A stretch of DNA of 64,000 nucleotides from Candidatus Magasanikbacteria bacterium RIFOXYD1_FULL_40_23 (GCA_001783215.1 MFRA01000005.1:254322-318321), one strand, 5' to 3'; shown: positions 18,297 through 26,823, numbered from the stretch's first letter. Notes: a model not told the origin generated them from the letters alone. A program made the numbers and translations.

Positions 18297-18953
18297 ATGA
18301 TTAAAGCTGTAATTTACGATATGGATGGAGTCCTTATAGATTCCGAACCTTTTTGGCGTCAGGCAGAAGTAGAGTCTTTTAAAAGCGTGGGTGTTTTTAT
18401 TACAGAAGAAATGTGTTATCAAACTACAGGATTACGTATTGATGAGGTGGTAGCGTTTTGGTATCAAAAAATGCCATGGGAAGGGGTGTCCCAATCAGAG
18501 GTGGCTGACTTAATTTTAAAAAATGTTATTGAGCTTGTTGAAAAAAAAGGGCAAGCTAAGGAGGGTGTCTTAGAATCTTTGGAGTTTATAAAAAAACAAA
18601 ATGTAAAATTAGCGCTCGCTTCTTCTTCGGCGTTAGTTTTAATAAAAACAGTTATAGCCAAGCTTGGTATACAAAATTATTTTGAAATTGTGCATTCGGC
18701 AGAATTTGAGAGTTATGGTAAGCCGCATCCGGATGTTTATCTTACAGCCGCAAAAAAGTTGGATATTGAACCTAGGTTTTGTGTGGCCATAGAGGATTCT
18801 GTGAATGGTATTATTTCTGCCAAAGCTGCCAAGATGAAATGTGTGGCAGTTCCCGAGAATGGTCAGGAAGGAGATAGGCGTTTGGGGATTGCTGACGCTG
18901 TTATTTCTTCTCTAAATGGTATTAATGATTCTCTTTGGGAGAAATTGATTTAA
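18297..18953 (+). CDS. HAD family phosphatase (HxpB/YniC-like)
   Basis: DMDGVLIDSE, ASSS, KPHPDVY, EDSVNG. Confidence 0.88.
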   Translation: MIKAVIYDMDGVLIDSEPFWRQAEVESFKSVGVFITEEMCYQTTGLRIDEVVAFWYQKMPWEGVSQSEVADLILKNVIELVEKKGQAKEGVLESLEFIKKQNVKLALASSSALVLIKTVIAKLGIQNYFEIVHSAEFESYGKPHPDVYLTAAKKLDIEPRFCVAIEDSVNGIISAKAAKMKCVAVPENGQEGDRRLGIADAVISSLNGINDSLWEKLI

Positions 18954-19049
18954 GATTTTGCCAGAGGTTTTTATTTATACTGCATAATTGACAAATTGCA
19001 TAATTAATATTATAAAAGCTTAATACAACCAAGTGTCAGGAGGTTTGTT

Positions 19050-19286
19050 ATGGCAACGACGTTTCTGGATGCTTTGAAAAGAAAAGGTGGCGGTGAAGGT
19101 GCAAAAGCTATGCTTAGACACCTTAGAGCCAAACTTTCGGGGGAAAACTTTGATAGATTTTTGAACAGCACCCCGGACGGTGATGATTTCTGGCCCGCTT
19201 ACATAAGCAGAAAGTTCACCAAAGATGAGCCGGACAAATATGGATACGATCAGTTTGCTGCGGACGTTCTTCGTCTACGTGGCTAG
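19050..19286 (+). CDS. Small hypothetical protein
   Basis: AGGAGG Shine-Dalgarno upstream; followed by hairpins. Confidence 0.6.
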   Translation: MATTFLDALKRKGGGEGAKAMLRHLRAKLSGENFDRFLNSTPDGDDFWPAYISRKFTKDEPDKYGYDQFAADVLRLRG

Positions 19287-19337
19287 CTGGTGTTGTTACT
19301 AGACTATGTCCCGACACCCACAAGCTGAGTGTCGGGA

Positions 19338-19379
19338 AAAATAAAAAGTAACCCAAATATTTGGGTTACTTTTTATTTT
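19338..19379. terminator. Perfect 42-bp palindrome, bidirectional terminator
   Basis: AAAATAAAAAGTAACCCAAAT/ATTTGGGTTACTTTTTATTTT between convergent genes. Confidence 0.8.
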
Positions 19380-19508
19380 AGATAATTCATTCGTCGTCAC
19401 CTTTCTTAAAGACAAATTGTTTATCTTTAGAAAGGTAGTGGGACGACGAGTGGGATTCGTCAGATCACACTGCCTCTGATTGGTTTCCCAATCAGGTGTA
19501 GTGCCGGT

Positions 19509-20096
19509 CTACGCCGTGAACAGCTTGGGAAGATGTTCGCGCAGGGCCGTCGTATCGTCGACGGAGATTCTGAACTTCTCCGTGGCCTGGCTCAGAACCT
19601 GCTTGGCCTCGTCCACGTTGCGGACCCCGTTCGCACTTCCGAGCAGGCGGTCGTTCTTGTAGAACCCCATGGTGGCACCGCAGCCACGGCAGCCCACGAG
19701 CACGATGATGTGCTCGTTGTGACTGATCATGCGTGTGATCTGCTCGTGACCAGCGCCGCCGAAGATCAGGATCACGTCCACGATGGGCATCATCTGCGGT
19801 ATGCTCTTGAAGCTCTCGACGAACAGGTCGTCGTCGCCGAAGGTTTCGGGCAGGTCGGCGGCCGCGACCGCGCTGCTGATGAGCGCAGAAACGCGCTTCT
19901 CCTCGTCGCTGGCCGTGGCCTCGTCCATGACGAGCGCCATGACCGCGCCCGCCTTGCGCGAGCCGAAGGCCGGGCCCTTGGTCGGCTTCTCGACCCCTTC
20001 GCGGAAGAGCTTGACGTGGGCGTGAACGCCGTTGGGGCCCTTGTGACCGCGGCACCCCTCGTCCTTGCAGTACTCGAGTTCGATACGATTCTTCAT
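19509..20096 (-). CDS. High-GC orphan protein, possibly metal-binding
   Basis: Start MKNRIELEYC at ATG 20096 after an AGGA motif; strong GC at third codon positions in this frame; CKDEGCRGH and CRGC motifs. Confidence 0.7.
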   Translation of the reverse strand: MKNRIELEYCKDEGCRGHKGPNGVHAHVKLFREGVEKPTKGPAFGSRKAGAVMALVMDEATASDEEKRVSALISSAVAAADLPETFGDDDLFVESFKSIPQMMPIVDVILIFGGAGHEQITRMISHNEHIIVLVGCRGCGATMGFYKNDRLLGSANGVRNVDEAKQVLSQATEKFRISVDDTTALREHLPKLFTA

Positions 20097-20212
20097 GTGA
20101 GTATCCTGCTTTCCTTTTGTGCTTCCCCGGAGCACAGGTGTGTTATTGCTGGGGAAATAACCTACGAATTTCTTAGGCTTTTTTCCCAGCAAAAAAATGT
20201 AAAGAACGACGT

Positions 20213-20241
20213 ATATTAGCAAAAAATACCTCTTTTGTCAA
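20213..20241 (-). promoter_or_regulatory. Sigma70-type promoter for the high-GC gene
   Basis: TTGACA-17 nt-TAATAT. Confidence 0.65.
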
Positions 20242-20383
20242 TAGTTGGTAAAAGAGAGTGTGGTGTTGTCTTTGTCATTTTAAACAAAGTATTATATAAT
20301 ATTCTCACTAAATTATTTCCCGCCGTTTGCTTGGCGCAAACGCGCAGGGATCCCCGGTGGGGGAAAACAACTTTTTAAAATAT

Positions 20384-20734
20384 ATGCAGGACATCCAAGA
20401 GATATTTAATCGCATGCAAGAAATTAAGAAAAAGCAAAAAGATATCCGCAGTGCTTATAAAGAATCATTAGAAGCTTCGTTGGAGTATAAAGAAATAAAT
20501 GACAAAATAAAAACTCTTAGAGAAAGAAAAAAACAAATTGAAAATATTACCAAAGAATCTTTTTCGGCAGAGTTTACAAAGCTTGATGATTTTAAGATTG
20601 ATCTAGAATCAGACAGTGTAATGTTAAGCGATATTGCTTTAAATAAATTGATGAAAGGCGAGACAGTGCAGGTGGTAGATGAATACAATAATAGTTACGA
20701 GCCACTCTTTACGGTAAAATTCAAAAAAACCTAG
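20384..20734 (+). CDS. Hypothetical coiled-coil protein
   Basis: ATG 20384 (MQDIQEIF); promoter TTGTCA...TATAAT at 20272-20300; terminator at 20775-20800. Confidence 0.75.
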   Translation: MQDIQEIFNRMQEIKKKQKDIRSAYKESLEASLEYKEINDKIKTLRERKKQIENITKESFSAEFTKLDDFKIDLESDSVMLSDIALNKLMKGETVQVVDEYNNSYEPLFTVKFKKT

Positions 20735-20817
20735 TGCGTTTTTAGTAAGCCTCTTCAGAGATCTTGTATATTAAATCCACCGCCAAAATTGGCGGTGGAT
20801 AACTTTTTATAAATCTA

Positions 20818-20846
20818 TTGACGGTACTTTTAATAGGGTATACGAT
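20818..20846 (+). promoter_or_regulatory. Sigma70-type promoter of the candidate sRNA
   Basis: TTGACG-17 nt-TACGAT. Confidence 0.65.
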
Positions 20847-20852
20847 AAATGC

Positions 20853-21005
20853 AATAGAGAACTAAGTTCGATGGCAAAAGCTGCAGACCACGTCTGCAAC
20901 CCAACCTCAACCCACCTCTCTCTACCCATATGGATTCAACCCGAATCCACCCACCACACACACCCACACGAGACCAAAGCTTCGGCTAAGGTCTCTCATT
21001 TTTTT
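20853..21005 (+). ncRNA. Candidate small RNA with G-free C-rich linkers
   Basis: Own promoter, hairpins at 20882-20898 and 20931-20949, and a C(UUCG)G-capped terminator at 20970-21005. Confidence 0.6.
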
Positions 21006-21018
21006 ATAATTAAATTAT

Positions 21019-21477
21019 CTACTTTCTGTTTTCTCGCATTACTTCGTTTTGAATGGTATTTATATTTGTTTTTTCTTTCATTCTCTTTAATTCTTTATCG
21101 TCTTCGATAGGAAGTCCTAAGTGGTCGTGAATTTCATCGAGCATGTTTATTATTCTGGTAACTTCATGTTCTGCCTTGATATTAATTTGTAAATCTATCT
21201 CTTCTCGCAAATCGTCTATTTGGCTGGCGCGATTTTGACTGATAAGCACAATAACGCTAAGAAATATGGCTTCCAAAGATACGGCGGTAGTAAGCAATCC
21301 GTATGGATATGGGTCAAAAACAGGAAGATTAGGAATAAATCCGGAATTTATAATTATCCATACGGCAAAAACGATAGCGTTTATAACAAGAAACCAAACT
21401 GTGCCAAAAGAATTTCTGAGAAAATCGGCGCAGCGGTCGACCGGACTTTTATTTTTTTCTAGTTTTGTTCTGAACAT
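21019..21477 (-). CDS. DUF1003 family membrane protein
   Basis: FDPYPYGLL...SLEAIFLSVIVLISQNR. Confidence 0.9.
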   Translation of the reverse strand: MFRTKLEKNKSPVDRCADFLRNSFGTVWFLVINAIVFAVWIIINSGFIPNLPVFDPYPYGLLTTAVSLEAIFLSVIVLISQNRASQIDDLREEIDLQINIKAEHEVTRIINMLDEIHDHLGLPIEDDKELKRMKEKTNINTIQNEVMRENRK

Positions 21478-21616
21478 ATGTGGTAAAATTTAGTGATTAG
21501 CATAGTAAGTATAGCAAAGACACCCCTTCAGGGCAAACAAGGCGCGGCCGTTATTATGCGGGAGTTTTTCCTTGACCAGACGGGTAGTCAGGAGTAAGAT
21601 AAGACAAATTAATTGT

Positions 21617-22153
21617 ATGAAAACCAACTCATTATTTAAGAGATTATTTGTAGTTTATACTGTTGCTTTGTTGGCAGTGGTAGTTTTTGTTCCACGTGTT
21701 GCCTTGGCACAAACCAGCAGCGCAGACAGTGTGGAAGCAGAAAACTCTACTACTGTTTATAGTCCAAACGATGTAAATACGGATAGTGTAACCCCGAGCG
21801 CCAATATTAGTATTTTAAAAAATTTAAAAATATTTGGACAAGATACGGGTATGAGCTCTACCGACCCGCGTCTGATAATTGCTCGTTTGGTAAGAGTGGC
21901 TATGGGTTTTGTAGGAATTATAGTTCTGATTATGATACTTGGTAGTGGGCTTATGTTTATGACTGCCGGAGGGGATGAAGAAAAAACTAGCCAAGCAAAA
22001 AGAACATTTTTTAATGCTATACTCGGGCTATTAATAATGCTCTCTGCGTACAGTATTGTAACCTTTGTTCTTAATACTATAACCACTGCAAGCAGCACTT
22101 CTAATACGACTAGCACTGCTCCAGCTGTTGCAGATCCAATAGTTAATCCTTAG
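21617..22153 (+). CDS. CPR-type pilin-like protein (TrbC/VirB2-like hairpin)
   Basis: Signal peptide, then TDPR.IIARLV...G..FMTAGGDEEK..AK.....AILGL; promoter TTGACC-17-TAAGAT at 21572-21600. Confidence 0.8.
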   Translation: MKTNSLFKRLFVVYTVALLAVVVFVPRVALAQTSSADSVEAENSTTVYSPNDVNTDSVTPSANISILKNLKIFGQDTGMSSTDPRLIIARLVRVAMGFVGIIVLIMILGSGLMFMTAGGDEEKTSQAKRTFFNAILGLLIMLSAYSIVTFVLNTITTASSTSNTTSTAPAVADPIVNP

Positions 22154-22177
22154 GATAGTTCATCAGTAAAATTATCT

Positions 22178-22984
22178 ATGAATATTTTTCGTAGAATTGC
22201 AGAACGTATCGTGGCGGCGGGTTTTAGTTTGGCAGTGCTTTGGTTGGTTGTAACTCAAATTTTTGAGCGACTAGACCAGCGTATGCCTGCTTTTTTGGCC
22301 GGCGTTCTTACTTATATAGTGGTTGCGTATAGTTTGCTTCCTCGTCTTATTCAGTTTGTGCTTATGGTATTGCGCAGAGGGCGTGTGCCTAGGTTTACAC
22401 GCACAGGTGACGGTTTGCTAGCTGATCCGGTAAATATAATTTTAATTGGCTCAGAAGAGATGTTGCGACATATTTTTGTTAGTGCTGGTTGGTATGAAGC
22501 AGAGCCATTAACATTTAAGTCGGCTACAAAAATGATTTGGGCTTTTGTTAATAATAAGCCATATCAGACCGCGCCGTTTAGTTCGCTTTATCTTTTTGGC
22601 CGCAGACAAGATTTTGGGTTTCAACAGCCAATAGGAAAAAGCCCTCGTCACCGTCATCATATACGGTTTTGGGCTGCCAACCTTGATCCCGAAAAAGATA
22701 TTACAAATTTTAAGTATTGGCTCCAAACACATGCGTTAGATCCAAATCAGCCGGTAATGTGGGTGGGTAGTGGTACCAAAGATATTGGTTTTGGTTTAAC
22801 CAGGCACACATACCAGATTAGCCACAAGGTAGATAAAAATATAGATCAAGAGCGTGATCATATAATTGCCGCTCTGCGACAGACAGGGCTACTTACCCAA
22901 GAGCATTACTTTGATCCGGGTAAATTTATTGTTGGTAAATATAAATCCGATGGACGGATACTCACCGCTTATATAGAAAAATAG
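22178..22984 (+). CDS. LssY C-terminal domain membrane protein
   Basis: TGDGL.ADPVN, APFSSLYLFGRRQD, RHHIRFW, H.VD.NID.ERD. Confidence 0.85.
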   Translation: MNIFRRIAERIVAAGFSLAVLWLVVTQIFERLDQRMPAFLAGVLTYIVVAYSLLPRLIQFVLMVLRRGRVPRFTRTGDGLLADPVNIILIGSEEMLRHIFVSAGWYEAEPLTFKSATKMIWAFVNNKPYQTAPFSSLYLFGRRQDFGFQQPIGKSPRHRHHIRFWAANLDPEKDITNFKYWLQTHALDPNQPVMWVGSGTKDIGFGLTRHTYQISHKVDKNIDQERDHIIAALRQTGLLTQEHYFDPGKFIVGKYKSDGRILTAYIEK

Positions 22985-23002
22985 TTTGTTATATAATTTA
23001 AT

Positions 23003-23082
23003 TATATAGGGGCTAAAGCCACATATATGCTCATTCACTCAGAAATAAATAAGTTTACTTATTTATTTCTTCATTCATTTCG
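23003..23082 (+). repeat. GGGCTAAAGC / CTCAYTC leader element, copy 1
   Basis: GGGCTAAAGCC-ACATATAT-GCTCATTCACTC, 13-bp hairpin, TCATTCATTTCG, 3 nt, ATG 23086. Confidence 0.8.
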
Positions 23083-23085
23083 CAT

Positions 23086-23496
23086 ATGAAAGAATTTTTT
23101 GTTAGCTTATTTGTAATTATATTTGTAGCAGCGGTAGTTGTGTTTGGAGTTTTTCCTCCGAAGGTTTATGTTACATTTATTTCTGCGCAGAATAGTGTCT
23201 TGGCTGCAGAGCAAAAACAAATTACAGATGCTTTGCTTTGGCAATATAGTTATAATCCTTTGCGAGTAGGGCGAGAGTACCAGATAAATATGCCTAGCCC
23301 CGCACCCTTGAAAAATCCGGCAAAACAAGATTACCAATATTTTATTTGGGCAAGTGTAAAATCCCTATCTTTTGTAAAAGAATCAGAAGCAGGGGATAAT
23401 ACTTGGAATTTGGTTTTGGCAAAAGATAAAAATGGCAACTGGAAAATTGTAGCTGACAAGCTTTGTTGCGGGCAAGGGGTTGATGAATGGTATTAA
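23086..23496 (+). CDS. Hypothetical single-TM exported protein
   Basis: N-terminal hydrophobic helix; C-terminal GNWKIV motif. Confidence 0.65.
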   Translation: MKEFFVSLFVIIFVAAVVVFGVFPPKVYVTFISAQNSVLAAEQKQITDALLWQYSYNPLRVGREYQINMPSPAPLKNPAKQDYQYFIWASVKSLSFVKESEAGDNTWNLVLAKDKNGNWKIVADKLCCGQGVDEWY

Positions 23497-23507
23497 AATA
23501 TTTTAAT

Positions 23508-23547
23508 AAATAAAAATCCCTTGCTTGAAGCAGGGGATTTTTATTTA
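23508..23547. terminator. Bidirectional terminator
   Basis: AAATAAAAATCCCTTGCT-TGA-AGCAGGGGATTTTTATTT. Confidence 0.75.
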
Positions 23548-23568
23548 GTTGAAGCTCGTTTATAATTG

Positions 23569-23844
23569 TTATTTTAGAGCGTCTTTTAGAGCCTTGCCAG
23601 CTTTGAATTTTGGTACGGTAACAGCTGGGATTTGGATTTTTTGAGAAGGGTTTTGTGGGTTTACGCCTTGTCTAGCGGCGCGCTTCTTGGCTGTAAAAGC
23701 TCCAAAACCGGTTAAAACTACCTCTCCATCTTTCTTTAATTGTTCTACGACAGTGTCAAGGACGGCGTTTAAGGTGTCTTCAACTTGGCGTTTTGGTAGG
23801 TTTAGTTTTTCGGATACAGCTTGTGCTAAATCTGCTTTATTCAT
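23569..23844 (-). CDS. hup: DNA-binding protein HU
   Basis: MNKADL, GFGAF, ARQGVNP, VPKFKAGKALKDA. Confidence 0.95.
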   Translation of the reverse strand: MNKADLAQAVSEKLNLPKRQVEDTLNAVLDTVVEQLKKDGEVVLTGFGAFTAKKRAARQGVNPQNPSQKIQIPAVTVPKFKAGKALKDALK

Positions 23845-23966
23845 AGTTTCACCCCCTTTCCAATTTGGAATTTTGACATATATCAGGATGATTATTTTCT
23901 CTAACCTTAGCCTGTATTATAACATGTGGGTGTTTTTTTGCCTATGTTTAGCAGTTTTAGTTATCC

Positions 23967-24003
23967 CCAACGCTTAGCGTTGGTATGGGGACGCTAAGCG
24001 TCC
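23967..24003. repeat. Twin mini-hairpin element, copy 2
   Basis: CCAACGCTTAGCGTTGG followed by GGACGCTAAGCGTCC, just after the rny stop codon. Confidence 0.75.
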
Positions 24004-24010
24004 ACCAAGA

Positions 24011-25537
24011 TTACTTAGCGTATTCTACTACGCGAGTTTCGCGAATAATAGTAACACGGATTTCACCAGGGTATTGAAGTTCTTGTTCAATTTTGCGAGA
24101 GATATCTTTGGCCAATTGGAAAGCAGAATAATCGTCTACTTCATTTGGTTTTACAAACACGCGTACTTCGCGACCAGCTTGGATTGCATATACTTTATCA
24201 ATTCCAGGGAAGCTCTTGGCGGTTTTTTCTAATTCTTCCAAACGAGCCACGAATTGTTCATAGCTGTCTTTGCGAGCGCCAACTCTGGCGCCAGAGATGG
24301 CGTCGGCAGCTTTGGCAATAGAAGAATAGATATTGTAAGGTTTGTCTTGGTGGTGAGTAAGAGCTGCTTGGCAGATATCTTCGTCCATGTTGAACTTTTT
24401 CAAGATCATATGGCCAATCTCTGGGTGAGAGCCTTGAGTCTCTTGGTCCACAGCTTTACCAATATCGTGGAAGAAGCCACATTTTTTGGCCTTAGCTGCA
24501 TCAAGTCCTAGTTCGCTAGCAATCATACCGGCCAAGTAGCCAGTCTCCATAGAGTGGAGAATAATATTTTGTCCGTAGCTAGTGCGGTATTTTAATCTAC
24601 CAACAATACTTACTAATTTTGGATCAATGCCGGTAATGCCCATTTTATAAAGGGCTTCCTCACCAGCTTTTTTGATATCCACTGCCAAATCTTGTTTGGC
24701 TTTTTCTACAAACTCTTCGATGCGAGCTGGTTGAATGCGGCCATCAGCCATTAATTTTTCTAGCGCCAGCTTGGCAATTTGTCGGCGGATAGGGGAGAAT
24801 CCAGATACTACGATAGCGTCTGGGGTGTCGTCGATAATAAGTTCACAACCAGTTAGCTTTTCAATTGTTTTAATGTTGCGTCCTTCTTTACCGATAATGC
24901 GGCCCTTCATGTCTTCGCTAGTTAGCTGTACGGTGGTGGAAGTGATTTCGGCAGCATGAGAAGAAGCACAGCGCTGTACTGCGTCGGCAATAAGTTCGCG
25001 AGCTTTTTCTTCGTAAACTTCTATTGATTCTTTGTCTAGTTTCAAAACTCTAGCCATCAAATCGGCTTTGCTTTGTTGTTCAATTCTTTTTAGAAGCTCT
25101 TCTTTGGCCTCTTCTTTTTTCATTGTTGCAATCTGTTGCAATTTTTCTACCTCTTGCTCCTTCATTTGTTCTATCTCTGTTTTTATATGTTGGATCTGGT
25201 CTGCTTTTTCTTGTAGTTTTTGTTTGCTACCTTCTAGTTCAATCAATTTTTGATCAAACAAAGCCTCGCGTCTTTCTAGTCTTTCTTGGGCATTGTGAAG
25301 ATCTTGGCGAACGGTTTTTTCTTCACGCTTAGCTTCGTCTACTATTTGAGTAGCTTTTTCTTTGCCCTGTAGGATTATTTCTTGTTGTTTTGTTTTTGCT
25401 TCAACAAGAAGACTCTCTGCTTTGGCTTCGATAGAGTTGGCTTGGGCTTGAGCCAATTTTTTCCTTAAGAAGTATCCAACGCTTGTGCCGAGTCCGGCGC
25501 CAGCTACTACCAGGATTGCCCAGATAAAGTTTGACAT
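24011..25537 (-). CDS. rny: Ribonuclease Y
   Basis: N-terminal TM and coiled coil; KH domain (KGRIIGKEGRNI); HD domain (HDIGKA); AIQAGREVRV. Start at ATG 25537. Confidence 0.96.
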   Translation of the reverse strand: MSNFIWAILVVAGAGLGTSVGYFLRKKLAQAQANSIEAKAESLLVEAKTKQQEIILQGKEKATQIVDEAKREEKTVRQDLHNAQERLERREALFDQKLIELEGSKQKLQEKADQIQHIKTEIEQMKEQEVEKLQQIATMKKEEAKEELLKRIEQQSKADLMARVLKLDKESIEVYEEKARELIADAVQRCASSHAAEITSTTVQLTSEDMKGRIIGKEGRNIKTIEKLTGCELIIDDTPDAIVVSGFSPIRRQIAKLALEKLMADGRIQPARIEEFVEKAKQDLAVDIKKAGEEALYKMGITGIDPKLVSIVGRLKYRTSYGQNIILHSMETGYLAGMIASELGLDAAKAKKCGFFHDIGKAVDQETQGSHPEIGHMILKKFNMDEDICQAALTHHQDKPYNIYSSIAKAADAISGARVGARKDSYEQFVARLEELEKTAKSFPGIDKVYAIQAGREVRVFVKPNEVDDYSAFQLAKDISRKIEQELQYPGEIRVTIIRETRVVEYAK

Positions 25538-25579
25538 ATACAAAAATCCTCAAAATCTTTGAGTTATTACTATTTAAAG

Positions 25580-25746
25580 CTGAGAGAAGAAGCTTTAGAT
25601 TCGGTAGTTATTTACGGATAAAATACAAAAAAGCACAGGCAAATTCGCTTGTTTTAGGTCTTTTTGGAAGTTTTTTTGTAGTTTTTTTAGCATAAATGGC
25701 CGAACTAATTGCTATCTGTTTGGATCTTTTTCGTTTCTTCTTGCAG
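25580..25746. ncRNA. Candidate long rod-shaped structured RNA (6S-like) upstream of rny
   Basis: Four nested complementary segments around a central ACAGGC/GCTTGT hairpin. Confidence 0.4.
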
Positions 25747-25794
25747 AAATAAAGGTAATTACCTAAAGATCATTAATAATTTAATACTGGGTAT

Positions 25795-25823
25795 ATATTA
25801 GCATTCTTGGGCCAATTTGTCAA
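25795..25823 (-). promoter_or_regulatory. Sigma70-type promoter about 250 nt upstream of rny
   Basis: TTGACA-17 nt-TAATAT. Confidence 0.65.
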
Positions 25824-25845
25824 ACTGTGGGAGTAAGTATAAAAA

Positions 25846-26070
25846 TTACATTTTCCAGGTTTGTTGGTTGTCTTTTGTTGGAGGTTTTTCTGGTGTTGGG
25901 GGTGGGGTAGGGTCGTGGATAGGTGCGTCAATAGTAGGCTGCGGATTGTCTTCCGGCATTCTTTTCTTGCGTTCTTTGTCTATCCTTCTTTTTATTTCAT
26001 CTGGTGGGGGTATTTTGGTTGGGTCAATTTCTGGCATCCAGGGGTCTTTTTTATCTGGACTGCTCATCAT
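25846..26070 (-). CDS. Small Pro-rich hypothetical protein
   Basis: Overlaps the truB stop; fills the gap in the same orientation. Confidence 0.55.
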   Translation of the reverse strand: MMSSPDKKDPWMPEIDPTKIPPPDEIKRRIDKERKKRMPEDNPQPTIDAPIHDPTPPPTPEKPPTKDNQQTWKM

Positions 26071-26740
26071 ATGATTTGAAATTATCTAAATTAATAGCAT
26101 TTTTTAGTAAGTATTTGCCAATTTTTGTACGCATTAATTCTTGGCAATAAGCGCCAGTTTCTAACTTTGCGCCTATATCGTGAGCCAATGTGCGAATGTA
26201 GGTTCCTGCCGAACATTGTACTTCAATTTTTAAAATAGGCCAAGAGTATTCTAAAAGCTTAATTTTATAAATTTCTATTTCGTTTGCTTTTCTTTCTACA
26301 GTTATTCCTTTTCTAGCCAACTGGTATAGTCTTTGTCCGTCTACCCATTTGGCAGAAAACATTGGCGGAGTTTGTAGTTGTTTGCCAATAAAAGTTTTAA
26401 GTAGGCTTTTTATTTGTTTTTTGTCTGGTTGAATCATGCTGTGTGTATCATGCATCGTGATCTGTCCGGTTTTATCATCAGTATCACTTGTGGCTCCAAG
26501 TTTAATAGTAGCAATATACGTTTTGGGCATGTTTTTAAACCCGTCCAGTTTTTTGGTAGCTTCTCGGCCAACACCTACGATAAGCAGTCCGGTGGCAAAC
26601 GGATCCAGAGTGCCGGCATGACCAACCTTTACCCTTTTTTGTTTGTCGGGTAGGGGGGTCTTTTTAACACGGTTGCGTACAAAAGCTACAACATCAAAAC
26701 TGCTCCAGCCTTCGGGTTTGTTAATTAATAGGTAGTTCAT
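26051..26740 (-). CDS. truB: tRNA pseudouridine(55) synthase
   Basis: KVGHAGTLDPFATG, TDDKTG, PPMFSA, CSAGTYIRTL. Confidence 0.96.
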   Translation of the reverse strand: MNYLLINKPEGWSSFDVVAFVRNRVKKTPLPDKQKRVKVGHAGTLDPFATGLLIVGVGREATKKLDGFKNMPKTYIATIKLGATSDTDDKTGQITMHDTHSMIQPDKKQIKSLLKTFIGKQLQTPPMFSAKWVDGQRLYQLARKGITVERKANEIEIYKIKLLEYSWPILKIEVQCSAGTYIRTLAHDIGAKLETGAYCQELMRTKIGKYLLKNAINLDNFKSYDEQSR

Positions 26741-26743
26741 AAA

Positions 26744-26823
26744 CGAAATGAGTGAGCAAAGTAATAAGCCTGCTTAATTACTTTCGAGCGAATGAGTATA
26801 TATGCAGCTTTAGCCCATATATA
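26744..26823 (-). repeat. GGGCTAAAGC / CTCAYTC leader element, copy 2
   Basis: Reverse complement GGGCTAAAGC-TGCATATAT-ACTCATTCGCTC, hairpin, CTCACTCATTTCG, TTT, then the truB ATG. Confidence 0.8.

Noticed and set aside
19492-20219. Overlapping ORFs 19492-20055(-), 19533-20219(+) and 19783-20025(+), and the extension of the main ORF to 20222
   Set aside because: High GC removes stop codons in alternative frames. Third-position GC, the SD-like motif and the promoter support only 19509-20096(-).
20871-21110. 79-aa ORF over the candidate sRNA
   Set aside because: It runs through a strong terminator into the convergent DUF1003 gene, and its composition mirrors the RNA structure. A short peptide cannot be fully excluded.
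21519-21570. Possible c-di-GMP riboswitch (GGGCAAAC) upstream of the pilin gene
   Set aside because: The rest of the motif is missing, and GGGCAA is better explained as the -35 box (TTGCCC) of the divergent DUF1003 promoter.
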